From assembly GCA_039589315.1 (NCBI GenBank), contig JBDHHQ010000016.1, positions 1 through 64,000 of the forward strand: DNA of 64,000 nucleotides. The letters run 5' to 3'. Of the stretch, positions 53,503 to 63,274 are shown in pieces. A program made the position numbers and the translations under genes. Source of the stretch: Gemmatimonadota bacterium. Lineage in GTDB: Bacteria; Gemmatimonadota; Gemmatimonadetes; Longimicrobiales; Gaopeijiaceae. The first letter of the stretch is position 1. Every line of letters starts with the position of its first letter. The notes below the pieces were generated by a model. That model was given only the letters and a program-made list of their open reading frames with translations, was not told where the DNA came from and did not search any database.

Positions 53503-54726
53503 ATGACGGATCGAGCCAAGCGGATCGTGCTCTGCCTGGACGGCACCTGGAACCGCCCGTACCAGGCCAAGGAGCGGGACGACGGGAGCGAGGTGCTGAA
53601 GCCGTCAAACCCCCTGAAGGTCTGCCGGGCCGTCCTTCCCCACGATCCGGCTACTCCTGCGGACCAGATCACCTACTACGACATCGGCGTGGGCGCCCTC
53701 AGCAAGTACCCGGGCACGTCGAACACGCTGTTGCGGCTGTCCGACAATGTGTTGGGCGGCGCTTGGGGTGCGGGCTTCGAAGCCAACATCGAAGACGCGG
53801 CGACGTTCCTGGTGCATAACTACCGGGCCGACGATCAGGTCTACGTCTTCGGCTTCAGCCGCGGCGCCGCCCAGGCTCGGGGGCTGACCCGGTTCCTGGA
53901 CTGGCTCGGCGGGCTTCCTGCCAAGGGCGACGCGTACTTCATGCCGCTGTTCTTCCGCCACTACATCACGACCTCGGGCCAGGGAGAGCCGGGCGACGTC
54001 ACCACGGCGACCGGTCACCGCCCCGACGAGCCACTCGTGCCCGTCGTCATCGAGTTCCTGGGCGTCTGGGACACCGTCATGGCGCTGGGATCCAGATTCC
54101 GGGCTTCGCGGGGGACCTCGGTCGGAGAGCGGTCCTTCCACGTGGGTGAGAAGCCTGCCCAATGCGTCCGTCATGCTCGGCAGGCCCTGGCCATCGACGA
54201 GCAACGGTACGATTTCCGCCCCGAGGTCTGGCTCGGGCACTCTGAGGGCCAGACCCTCGAGCAGCGTTGGTTCCCGGGCGTCCATTCCAACGTCGGCGGC
54301 GGCTACGTGAAGGACGGCCTGGCGAACCTCTCCCTCCGTTGGCTCCTGGACGAGGCGGCGCGAAGCGGACTAGCCACGGAGCGCGAGTTCACCAAGCACT
54401 ACCGTCCCTACCCACAGGCCAAGCTCTATCAATCCAAGACCCGCCTCTACCGCGTCCTCGAGGCGGTGCGGCTGCGCCGAAACCGCGGGATCCGCAGCTT
54501 GGAGGGCTTTCCGAGCGACGCGAACCTGCTCCTGGACAAGTCTGCCGTCCACCGGATGCTGTCGGACCCCGGCGAGCACGAGCAGCTCGACGCGTACGAG
54601 CCCAAGAACGTGGCGGTGTTCTTGAGGGCACGGCCGGACCTGTCAACCTACCTCGCGTCCATCGGGATCGACGTGGACGATCCCGGGATGCCGCCCGGCA
54701 CATTGGAGCGGCTCGGGAGGGGGTAG
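53503..54726 (+). CDS. DUF2235 alpha/beta hydrolase (Tle1-like lipase domain)
   Basis: LCLDGTWN, GVG, FGFSRGA, GVWDTV, ALAIDEQR, WFPGVHSNVGGG. GGAGG RBS before ATG 53503. Confidence 0.9.
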   Translation: MTDRAKRIVLCLDGTWNRPYQAKERDDGSEVLKPSNPLKVCRAVLPHDPATPADQITYYDIGVGALSKYPGTSNTLLRLSDNVLGGAWGAGFEANIEDAATFLVHNYRADDQVYVFGFSRGAAQARGLTRFLDWLGGLPAKGDAYFMPLFFRHYITTSGQGEPGDVTTATGHRPDEPLVPVVIEFLGVWDTVMALGSRFRASRGTSVGERSFHVGEKPAQCVRHARQALAIDEQRYDFRPEVWLGHSEGQTLEQRWFPGVHSNVGGGYVKDGLANLSLRWLLDEAARSGLATEREFTKHYRPYPQAKLYQSKTRLYRVLEAVRLRRNRGIRSLEGFPSDANLLLDKSAVHRMLSDPGEHEQLDAYEPKNVAVFLRARPDLSTYLASIGIDVDDPGMPPGTLERLGRG

Positions 54727-54778
54727 GCACTGCGCCGGGTACGCTGCTTCGGTGGCTACCGGGCGGTTGCGCCCCTCA

Positions 54779-57061
54779 CTAGCGAATGAACGTGTAGGTG
54801 TACTTCAGCATGAGGTTCCGGCCCTGCGAGAAGGGGAGCCGGGGCCGATCCAGCACGTCGCGCTCGGTGTTGACCGCGTCGTTGAATACCAGCCAGAGGT
54901 CGCTGCCCTCGCGGAAGTGGTAACGGAAGCGGACGTTGGCGTTGACCTGATCCACGGTGCTGTTGTACTGGAGCAGAGCCGCGGCCGAGAAGTGGATGTC
55001 CAGTGCCCCCTGGACCTTGAAGCTGACCAGGTGGGCGTTGAGCTCCTCGTCGCGATCGGGGAAGCGGATGGCGTTGAGCTCGTAACCGGCGCCGATCTCG
55101 AAGTGCCGCGACAGGCTCAGCGTGGGGCCCCCACCGAATCCGGCCCGCCACCCGTCGTAAAAGCTGCCGGCGCGCACCGAGAGGCCCCCGCGTAGGAGGG
55201 CGTTACGGCCCAGATCGAGGTTGGCTGTGCCCTGGTGAAACCAGTACTCGCCGGGGACCACGGGGGTGACGCCGGACAGGAAGAACGTCTCGAGCACGCT
55301 CTCGTAGGTGTTCTCCAACCTCAGCGTCAGTGACCGCCCCGTCTTCGTCTCGAACTCCAACGAAGGGGTGATCGCGGCAGACTCCACCGTCCCCAGCGTG
55401 CCCCGGCGAAAGACGAACGCCTCATTGGCCAGCTTGATGGTGCGCAGGATCGACGACGCGCTCTGAAACCACTGATACTGAAGGCCGTTCCGGAAGTTGG
55501 CGAAGTCGTTCCGCAGCACGAACCCCAAGCGCGGGAGGTACTGCTGACCCGAGTGGACATACTCGAGGGAATAACTGAACCCGACCTCGTTGCGCCGTTC
55601 CCACCGGGCCAGGATGCGACTGGCGTCGAGAAGGGTCCGTGCGGGGCTGTCGGCCTCCTCCCTCTCGAAGGTCGAGGCCCACTTCAGGGTCACGTACTCG
55701 TCGCCAAGGACCCGGATGCTGGTATCGAATCCGGCGGTGACACCCCAGTCGCCGTCCATGTCCGCCCGTGTGGTCAGCATGCCGCCAACGGTCGAGAAGG
55801 GGTTGAACACCTGCCGGCGAAGCCGCGCCACGCCGAAGTTCTCGGAAGGGAGCAGATCCTGTGCCGCGGTCTGCATGTTCAGGAACCCGATGTCCGTCGA
55901 CCCCAGCCGGCCCACGAGGCGCACGCCGCCGATGATTCGGACCGGATCACCCAGGGGGTTCAGCCCAATCTGACGGCTGTTGAACAGCCGGCTGATGCCG
56001 CCGGTGTTGAAGGAGAACAGCCCGGACCGCTCCTGGAAGAACTGGCGCTTCTCCGGGAAGAACAGCGAAAACCGGGTCAGGTTGACCTGGAGCGAGTCCG
56101 CCTCGACCTGACCGAAGTCGGGATTCACGGTGACGTCCAACGTGAGGTTGTTGGTCACATTGTATTTGACGTCCAACCCGGCCTCGGTGATGGGATCGTC
56201 GGTTACGTCGTAGCCGGTCTCGGCCACGTTGAGCTCGGCACTCCGCTCCACGCCGCCCAACAAGTACGGAGTGATGTACGCGGGCTTGGAGGCGTAGACC
56301 CCCTCCATGGTCACCCGCTGCCCCTGGGATGGCTTGGCGAACCCCATCCGCCAGGTCGGGGGAATCTCGGGAAAGGTCTGCCGCTCGTTCTTTCGTGCGA
56401 TGAACCGATACGCGATCAGGCCCATTTCCACGTGGCCGCCGTCGTCCTGGAATCCCAGACTCGAAAAGGGGATCCGCATCTCGGCGAACCAGCCCTCCTC
56501 GGTCCAAACGGTGGCCAGGTCCCAGTGGGCGTTCCAGTTGTCGTTCATGGCCGACCCGTTGGTCCACTCGCCGTCGTTGGACACCGAGCGGTCCGAGCGC
56601 ACGCCGGACGGACTCGCCGTGAACCACAGGGCCGACTCATTGTCGTTGAACGTGTCGAGCACGACGGAAAACAGGTCGTCGCCCCGGTACTGGTCCCTGG
56701 ACAGCGTGACGCTGCGCACGCCCCCTGGGTCGGAGTCGTACATCCGTCCCGCCACGTAGAGGTAGGCCTCGTCGTACGCCAACTGGATCTCGGTCTCCTC
56801 GGTGAGGGGTGCGCCGAAGACCGGGGCGTACTGGGTGACGGGCAGCAGCGGCACGCTCTGCCACGCCGCCTCGTCGGGACGGCCGTCGAGCACGATGGAA
56901 CCGGACAGCCGGGTCAGCGGCATGGGCGCTGGCGACCTGGCGCCGAACGACTCCTCACCACCCCCGAGGGACGAGTCCTGGGCGATCGCCCCGGGCGCGG
57001 ACCCCAGGGAGACGCCCACCAACAGCGAAGCGAGACGAGTGGCTCGCGGAGACTTGATCAT
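54779..57061 (-). CDS. CBM9-like + DUF5916 outer membrane protein
   Basis: LDGRPDEAAW, EMRIPFSSL, TVNPDFGQVEAD, FFPEKRQFF; barrel-like C-terminus KYTYTFIR. Confidence 0.85.
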   Translation of the reverse strand: MIKSPRATRLASLLVGVSLGSAPGAIAQDSSLGGGEESFGARSPAPMPLTRLSGSIVLDGRPDEAAWQSVPLLPVTQYAPVFGAPLTEETEIQLAYDEAYLYVAGRMYDSDPGGVRSVTLSRDQYRGDDLFSVVLDTFNDNESALWFTASPSGVRSDRSVSNDGEWTNGSAMNDNWNAHWDLATVWTEEGWFAEMRIPFSSLGFQDDGGHVEMGLIAYRFIARKNERQTFPEIPPTWRMGFAKPSQGQRVTMEGVYASKPAYITPYLLGGVERSAELNVAETGYDVTDDPITEAGLDVKYNVTNNLTLDVTVNPDFGQVEADSLQVNLTRFSLFFPEKRQFFQERSGLFSFNTGGISRLFNSRQIGLNPLGDPVRIIGGVRLVGRLGSTDIGFLNMQTAAQDLLPSENFGVARLRRQVFNPFSTVGGMLTTRADMDGDWGVTAGFDTSIRVLGDEYVTLKWASTFEREEADSPARTLLDASRILARWERRNEVGFSYSLEYVHSGQQYLPRLGFVLRNDFANFRNGLQYQWFQSASSILRTIKLANEAFVFRRGTLGTVESAAITPSLEFETKTGRSLTLRLENTYESVLETFFLSGVTPVVPGEYWFHQGTANLDLGRNALLRGGLSVRAGSFYDGWRAGFGGGPTLSLSRHFEIGAGYELNAIRFPDRDEELNAHLVSFKVQGALDIHFSAAALLQYNSTVDQVNANVRFRYHFREGSDLWLVFNDAVNTERDVLDRPRLPFSQGRNLMLKYTYTFIR

Positions 57062-57169
57062 AGAAGGCGAAGATATGCCAGGCTCGGGAGCGGAGGTAGC
57101 GCGCGTGATCCGTCGGCGGAGTCGAGTCCCTCTCGGAACGCGAGTCCCTCCGTGGACCAGGGCGGTTGT

Positions 57170-58423
57170 CTACGCGCGAATGATCTCCCCCTCGGACTTC
57201 GCCACGACCGCCGCCGCGGTCAGGTCGCCGGTCACGTTGACCCCCGTGCGGAACATGTCGAGGAAGCGGTCGACTCCCGCAACCAAGGCGATGCCCGTCG
57301 CCGCCTGGGGCCCCATGCCGATGGCACCCAGCACGATGAGGGTGGTCACCAGCGAGCTCCCGGGCACGCCGACGCCCGCCAGAGCCGCGAGGGTCGCCGT
57401 CACCACGACGGTCAGGTACTCCGGGACGCCCAGGGGCACGCTGTACACCTGTGCCAGGAAGACGGCGGTCAGGGCCTTGTACAGGGCGCCGCCGTTCATG
57501 TTGAGGGTCGCGCCCACCGGCAGCACGAAGCTCGCCACGCGGTTCGACACACCCAGGTTGCGCTCGGCGACTTCCAGGCTGACGGGCAGCGCCGCATTGG
57601 ACGACGCGGTCGAGAAGGCCACCAGCGGCGCCGCGCCGACATGCCGCCAGAACGCCCGCACCCCGATGCCGGCCGCACGCAGGACGAGCATCAGCACCAC
57701 GACCCCGTGGAACAGCTCCCCGGCGATGATGAGCAGTGAGTAGACGAGCAGGCCTTGTAGGAGCTCGACACCGAACCGCGTGAGCGCTGTCGCGATGAGG
57801 ATGAAGATCGCGTACGGGGCGAGGCGCATGACCCAGTCGATAATCACCGCCGCCGCCTCGTTGACGGCTTCGAAGAAACGGATCAGCGGCTCGCGACGCG
57901 CCCGCGGGAGCGTCGAGGCCGCTGCGCCGAAGCAGAGGGTGGCGAAGATCAGGGGCAGCAGATTCATGTCCGCGGCCGCCTGGACGGGGTTCCTGGGGAT
58001 GATCTCGATGAGGCGTTGCGTGAGCGACAGCGACTCGGCCCGCGTAACCGATGCCTCGGCGCTCTGGCCGTAGTCGGCCGAGATTGCGTCTCGGACTTCC
58101 GGATCCAGGGTCGCACCCGGCTCCGCAGCCAGCGCGATGGCGAGGCCGATGACGGCGGCGACCACGGTCGTGACCAGAAAGTAGGCGAGCGCCTTGCCGC
58201 CGATCCGTCCCAGCAGCCGCATGTCGCCCAGCGTGCCCACGCCCACGAACAGGCTGGCCACCACCAGAGGTACCACGACCATGCTGATGAGCCGAATGAA
58301 CGCGGTGCCCACAGGCTCCAGGGCCAGCACGGCATCCCGGACCGCCCCCCCTACGGCCTGGGCGCCGACGCCGACGAGGATGCCGGCCACGAGACCCAGG
58401 AGGATCTGGGTGGTGAGCCTCAC
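57170..58423 (-). CDS. Dicarboxylate/amino acid:cation symporter (DAACS, GltP-like)
   Basis: FSTASSNAALP, GATLNMNG (NMDG variant), GVGVPG, DRFLDMFRTGVNV. Confidence 0.93.
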   Translation of the reverse strand: MRLTTQILLGLVAGILVGVGAQAVGGAVRDAVLALEPVGTAFIRLISMVVVPLVVASLFVGVGTLGDMRLLGRIGGKALAYFLVTTVVAAVIGLAIALAAEPGATLDPEVRDAISADYGQSAEASVTRAESLSLTQRLIEIIPRNPVQAAADMNLLPLIFATLCFGAAASTLPRARREPLIRFFEAVNEAAAVIIDWVMRLAPYAIFILIATALTRFGVELLQGLLVYSLLIIAGELFHGVVVLMLVLRAAGIGVRAFWRHVGAAPLVAFSTASSNAALPVSLEVAERNLGVSNRVASFVLPVGATLNMNGGALYKALTAVFLAQVYSVPLGVPEYLTVVVTATLAALAGVGVPGSSLVTTLIVLGAIGMGPQAATGIALVAGVDRFLDMFRTGVNVTGDLTAAAVVAKSEGEIIRA

Positions 58424-59067
58424 GGCGCCGCCGGGTCCGCCGACGGCACCGTGCCGAATCCGCCCCGCTCCCGGAGGAAGGGGGCCAGACCCCCAGCGGC
58501 CAGGATGTCCAGGATGAAAGGAGGGAATGGCCGTGCGACCCGGCGCCGATCATCGCCCTGCACGTGTATCCTGACACCGTCCCCCGTGACCTCTACCACC
58601 AGCCAATCTCCCTCGGCGATCCCCGACGTGTCACACTCGATGGGTAGGAGCGCGTTGTTTATGGCGTTCCGGAAGTAGGTCCGGGCGAAGCTGTTGGCGA
58701 GGACTGCAGGAATGCCGGCCGCTTTCACCACGGTGACCGAGACCTCCATGGCGGAGCCGCAACCGAACGCCTCGCCTGCCACCAGAATATCGCCGGGCTC
58801 CACCGAGGCCGCGAAGGCAGGGTCGACGCCTTCCAGAAGCCACTGCTTCAACTCGTGGGGATCGAGGGTCTCCTTCTTCCGCGTCGAGGCGATGATGTAG
58901 TCGGTGTTGACCTGATCCCCGAAGCGACGAGCGCGACCCTCGAGGCGGACGGTGATCTCTGGGCCGCTTCGGACCGGCGCCCCTGGTACCGGGGATCCTC
59001 GATCACGTTCAAGCGGAGCTGCACCGCCCTCGGCAGCCGAGCCCCCTCCAAGCGAGTCCTGGCTCAT
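58420..59067 (-). CDS. LeuD/HacB-like aconitase-family small subunit
   Basis: FGDQVNTDYII, GEAFGCGSAME, SFARTYFRNAINNAL, ILAAGGL. Start overlaps the large-subunit stop. Confidence 0.88.
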   Translation of the reverse strand: MSQDSLGGGSAAEGGAAPLERDRGSPVPGAPVRSGPEITVRLEGRARRFGDQVNTDYIIASTRKKETLDPHELKQWLLEGVDPAFAASVEPGDILVAGEAFGCGSAMEVSVTVVKAAGIPAVLANSFARTYFRNAINNALLPIECDTSGIAEGDWLVVEVTGDGVRIHVQGDDRRRVARPFPPFILDILAAGGLAPFLRERGGFGTVPSADPAAP

Positions 59068-60275
59068 GCCAGCTCCCTGGGATCGACGATCCTGCCCGCA
59101 GTGGCCGCGGCGCCACAGGTCGCAGGCGACGCCAGGACGATCGACGCCGTGGACTCGCCCATCCGCCCCCGGAAGTTCCGGTTCGCCGTGGAGATCACCC
59201 GAGCGCCCGGGTGCGGGACAGGACCGGAGGTGCCACAGCACGGCCCGCATCCCGTTTCGGTGATCACGGCGCCGTGGGACTCCAGACGGGGCAGCGTGCC
59301 GTCGTCCTCCAGGGTCTTGCGCACGGTGGGCGTGGGCGGGGTGACGACCACCGTGACGCCGGCCGCCACTCCACCCCCGGCGTCCAGCATGCGAAGTGCC
59401 TCCCTGAAGTCGTGGGCGCGCCCCCCGGTGCAGGTGCCCAGGAACACCCAGTCGACGGGGGTGCCAAGGGCGTCCGTGACCGCCACGCCGTTGGCGGGAT
59501 CGTGGGGCAACGCCACGGTCGGGACCAGCGCCGAAACGTCGACGACGACCTCCCTGACGACCGGAGCGCCCGGGTCGGAGGCGACCTCGGCCGTGGGGAA
59601 GACCCCGGCCTTGGCGCCCACCTCCGCGGACATGTTGGAGAGCACCACCCGCTCGTCCACCGGGAGAGCGGCCGCGGCCGGACCCGCGAATTCCAGCGTC
59701 GCGTAGGTCGCACCATTCGAGCCCACCGTGCGAACCAGCTCCAGCGCCAGATCCTTCGCGCCGACCCCCGAAGGAAGCGTGCCGTTCAGCACGACCCGCA
59801 CTGTCTCCGGAATCCGGAGCCACACCCGTCCGGTCAGCAGGGCCCCGGCCAGGTCGGCGGAGCCGATGCCCGTGGCGAACGCCCCGACGGCCCCGCACAT
59901 GACCGTGTGCGAGTCGGCGCCGACCACCAGGTCGCCCGGCGCCACTCGCTGCGCCTCCAGGGCCACCTGGAAGCTGATGCCGCCACCCACGGGGAGCAGC
60001 TCCACGCCGTGTCGGCCGGCGAAGTCCTCCATGCGGCGGTGGAAGCCCATGGTCGAAGGCGACGTGGGTGGGGCGTAGTGATCCCGGGCCAGGAGCACCC
60101 GCCTCGGGCTGTGGACCGAACGCCCCCCCATCGCCTCGAAGTAGTCCAGGGCCATGGGCGTGGAGCCATCGGTGCCCAGGACCAGATCCGGCTCGCAGAT
60201 GACGAAGTCGCCTGTCCGGCCACCCTTGCCGGACTTGGCCGACAGGACCTTCTCGGGCAGCGTCCGGGGCGTCAT
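59064..60275 (-). CDS. LeuC/HacA-like aconitase-family large subunit
   Basis: ARDHY, GADSHT, GTCTGGR, CGPCCG (Fe-S Cys), STANRNFRGRMG, LASPA. Confidence 0.9.
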   Translation of the reverse strand: MTPRTLPEKVLSAKSGKGGRTGDFVICEPDLVLGTDGSTPMALDYFEAMGGRSVHSPRRVLLARDHYAPPTSPSTMGFHRRMEDFAGRHGVELLPVGGGISFQVALEAQRVAPGDLVVGADSHTVMCGAVGAFATGIGSADLAGALLTGRVWLRIPETVRVVLNGTLPSGVGAKDLALELVRTVGSNGATYATLEFAGPAAAALPVDERVVLSNMSAEVGAKAGVFPTAEVASDPGAPVVREVVVDVSALVPTVALPHDPANGVAVTDALGTPVDWVFLGTCTGGRAHDFREALRMLDAGGGVAAGVTVVVTPPTPTVRKTLEDDGTLPRLESHGAVITETGCGPCCGTSGPVPHPGARVISTANRNFRGRMGESTASIVLASPATCGAAATAGRIVDPRELA

Positions 60276-60375
60276 TCCTGGGAGCCCTTCGGGCTCTGCA
60301 GCCTACGCGACCCTGTCAAAGCCCTGAGAGACCGGACGGCTCGGTGGCGGGGATCCCGGGAACGACGAGACACCA

Positions 60376-61491
60376 TCAGCACATCCCGTCACGATCGCCC
60401 GCCGCCAGAGTCGCCTCGAGCGCGTCGATGGTTCGCTCGAGGTCGGCCATGCGGATGTCGCCCATGTGGCCTACTCGGACACAGGTGGACCCATAGGGCC
60501 CCAGCCCAACGGCGATCTCGATCCCCTGCTGGCGTACGCCCTGTCGCAACGCGGCAGGATCTACGCCGTCCGGAACTCGTAGGGCCGTCAGCGTGGGCGA
60601 CCGCTCGACGATCCCCGCGCCCAGCAGTCCGAATCCCCGCCCCAGCGCCCACGACCGTAGGCGTTCCGCCATGCGGCGGTGGCGTGTGAACACCACCTCG
60701 TGCCCTTCCTCGTCCAGCATGCGTAGGGCCTCCAGCACCTGCAGCACCAGCATGACGGGCGTGGTCCCCGGGGTCTCGGGCCGGGCTCCCCCCAGCGCCT
60801 GGCGGATGGCCGAGAAGTCCAGATAGGCCCGGGGCATGCTACCCGACTCCGCCGCCTGCCAGGCTCGCTCGCTCATGGCCACGAACGAGATGCCCGCACT
60901 GGCCATCAAGCACTTCTGGGACGACGTGACGGCCACGTCGAGGTCCCACGCGTCGAAGCGAACGGGCTCGCCGCCCAACGAGCTGATGACGTCCACCATG
61001 ACCAGGGCGCCCCCGGCCCGGCCCACCCGGGCGATCTCGGCCACCGGGTTCAGCACGCCCGTGCTGGTGTCGGAGTGCGCCACCGTCACGGCGCGGGCTT
61101 CCGGTCGCTCGTCCAGCGCGTGAGCGACGGCCGCGGCGGCCGCGCTCTGCTCCCAATCGGTGCAAACCCGGACCACGTTCATTCCGTACAGCTCGGCGAA
61201 GCCGGCCCACATCTCACCGAACTTGCCGTTGCAGACCGCGACGATCGTGTCCCCCGGATTGAAGAGGTTGACGATCGCGCCCTCCATGCCGGCTCGGCCG
61301 GTGGCATGGATGGGAAGGACGTCAGCCGATCCGGTACCGAACAGCGGACGCAACCGCTCGATCAGCTCGGCCAGCGCGCTGGAGAACTCGGGCGTCCGAT
61401 GATGCAGCACCGTGGATCCGGCCGCGAGCACCCGCTGGGGGATGCGGGTGGGACCGGGCGTCATGAGAAGGGGCGCAGCCCCCGAGCTCAC
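60376..61491 (-). CDS. Class V PLP aminotransferase (serine-pyruvate/alanine-glyoxylate type)
   Basis: LMTPGPT, HSDTSTG, VDVISS, SSQKC (PLP Lys), RVGHMG. Confidence 0.9.
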   Translation of the reverse strand: MSSGAAPLLMTPGPTRIPQRVLAAGSTVLHHRTPEFSSALAELIERLRPLFGTGSADVLPIHATGRAGMEGAIVNLFNPGDTIVAVCNGKFGEMWAGFAELYGMNVVRVCTDWEQSAAAAAVAHALDERPEARAVTVAHSDTSTGVLNPVAEIARVGRAGGALVMVDVISSLGGEPVRFDAWDLDVAVTSSQKCLMASAGISFVAMSERAWQAAESGSMPRAYLDFSAIRQALGGARPETPGTTPVMLVLQVLEALRMLDEEGHEVVFTRHRRMAERLRSWALGRGFGLLGAGIVERSPTLTALRVPDGVDPAALRQGVRQQGIEIAVGLGPYGSTCVRVGHMGDIRMADLERTIDALEATLAAGDRDGMC

Positions 61492-62177
61492 TCGATGACC
61501 CCCTTGGCCCGGAGCGTCTCGTCGATCTCGGCCTTGAAGAGCTCACCACCCCGGATCGCAGCGATCCGCCGCTTCTCGTTCGCCTCCAGCACGCGGACTC
61601 TGTCCAACACCTGCTTGGCGTCCTCCCGGGGGATCACCACGACGCCGTCCCCGTCTCCCACCACGATGTCACCCGGGATCACGGCCGTGTTGCCGCACGC
61701 GATGGGCACGTTGATCTCGCCGGGGCCGTCCTTGTCGCAAGCGCCGGGGCTGACGGTGCGGCTGAAGGCCGGCAGGCCCAGGGCTCGCAGGCCGTCCACG
61801 TCCCGGATGGCTCCGTCCACGACGATGCCGCCGAGGCCGACGCCCGTGGCCGTGTGCCCCATGAGCTCGCCGAAGACCGCGCTGGTGGTGTTGCCGTTGG
61901 TGGAAACCACCACGACGTCGCCGGGCGAGGCGATCTCCAACGCCTTGTGGATCATGAGGTTGTCGCCGGGCCTGGAGCTCACGGTCACCGCGACGCCGCA
62001 GAGCGGCAGGTCAGTCCGGCTCACGATGCCCGGGTCCATGAAGTGGAAGCGGCCCATGGCGTCGGCCAGGTTGGCGGCGGCCTTGCCCCGTAGCGCGTCC
62101 ACCAGGTCGCCGGGAGGCCGAGGGAGGTCGGTGACGATGCGGAAGCCGGGCCTGCCGGTGATGCTCCTGGCCGTCAT
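61488..62177 (-). CDS. RraA family / HMG-CHA-type class II pyruvate aldolase
   Basis: LADAM, GDNLMIHKAL, AVFGELM, VDGAIRD, PGDIVVGDGDGVVVIP. Confidence 0.9.
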   Translation of the reverse strand: MTARSITGRPGFRIVTDLPRPPGDLVDALRGKAAANLADAMGRFHFMDPGIVSRTDLPLCGVAVTVSSRPGDNLMIHKALEIASPGDVVVVSTNGNTTSAVFGELMGHTATGVGLGGIVVDGAIRDVDGLRALGLPAFSRTVSPGACDKDGPGEINVPIACGNTAVIPGDIVVGDGDGVVVIPREDAKQVLDRVRVLEANEKRRIAAIRGGELFKAEIDETLRAKGVIE

Positions 62178-63079
62178 GTCACCTTCTCCCAGATGGGAGA
62201 CGTGAACGCGCTGAAGGGGTCGCTCATGATCTGATGGACGCTGAACTTGGTGCGTTTGACGATCGTCTGGAACCGGTCGTTGCCGACGGGCTGGCTCACG
62301 TTGCCCTCGATCGACGTGACGGTGTCACCGGACACTCCCACCACGATGAAATGGTGGTTGGTCTTGTTCGGCCGGAAATCGAAGATTCCGAGATCGCCCT
62401 TCTGGACATTCTTCCCGGACGTTACGGCCTGAAACTCGGGATTGGCCGAGAATCCCTTGTGCTTGAGAGGCCACGAGGACAGCCGCAGGCCGGACATCTT
62501 GTACACGTTCAGCGCGAAGATGCCGCACCACGACGGAATGTCCCACTGGTTCCGGCCTGACGCTCCCATCGCGTAGTTGGACTCCGCCGTCGTGCTCAGC
62601 GTCAGACAGGTGGTGGGAGGTGGGGACCCGACGCCCGCGATGCCCCAGATCGTGGACAGCACGGCCCCACCCTGGCGTGCCCGGGTGGTGGGATCGGCAC
62701 ACTTGTTGGCCGCGATCCGGGCGTTGTCACTCCCTACCGTGTCGGTTGCTCGCCACCCATGCGCTTGGAAGAACTGCTCGGCTGTCTGGATGATCCGCTG
62801 CCGTGCGGCCGCCTCACCCGGCGGCGGCCCGACCTTCTCCACGAAGCCCTTGATGGCGTCGATGAACTGCTGGAGCGCTCCCCACGTCTGGGACCCGACG
62901 ACCCCGTCGGCCGCGAGTCTGCTGTTGCGCTGGAACTCGGTGACCCGGGTGTAGGTCTTCGGCCCGAATTGGCCGTCGGTACCGAGCTGCGGAAAGGCGG
63001 ACCTCCCCGCCTGGTTCAACGCCTTCTGCAGGGTGACGACATCCGGGCCCCTCGCGCCCATTCGAAGAAGCGATGGCAT
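62174..63079 (-). CDS. Peptidoglycan-binding domain + CHAP/NlpC-like cell wall hydrolase
   Basis: LRMGARGPDVVTLQKAL...DGQFGPKT...DGVVGSQTW (PG_binding_1); SWCGIF, GDLGIF, HHFIV, SIEGN (CHAP-like). Confidence 0.8.
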   Translation of the reverse strand: MPSLLRMGARGPDVVTLQKALNQAGRSAFPQLGTDGQFGPKTYTRVTEFQRNSRLAADGVVGSQTWGALQQFIDAIKGFVEKVGPPPGEAAARQRIIQTAEQFFQAHGWRATDTVGSDNARIAANKCADPTTRARQGGAVLSTIWGIAGVGSPPPTTCLTLSTTAESNYAMGASGRNQWDIPSWCGIFALNVYKMSGLRLSSWPLKHKGFSANPEFQAVTSGKNVQKGDLGIFDFRPNKTNHHFIVVGVSGDTVTSIEGNVSQPVGNDRFQTIVKRTKFSVHQIMSDPFSAFTSPIWEKVT

Positions 63080-63274
63080 GGTCTCGGCCCTCCGCTGGAG
63101 GTGTGAGGACTAGCTGCAACGGCCGGCTGCGAGCCGAGAGCGACCGGACCGGTCGCGGACGAACCCCGGGCCGTTGCCGCTCACCAAGCCAATGGGTGGA
63201 GCGCGGTGGCGGCGCGCAAGGTTGGAGGGGGGCCTTTGCCCACTCGCCTCGCGACACCTGTGTAGCTGAGGGCC

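Noticed and set aside
58420..60275. Leucine biosynthesis leuC/leuD
   Set aside because: No leuA or leuB, catabolic context and divergent substrate motifs, so no gene symbol was assigned.
62174..63079. Prophage remnant
   Set aside because: No holin, structural, integrase or att-like sequences seen.
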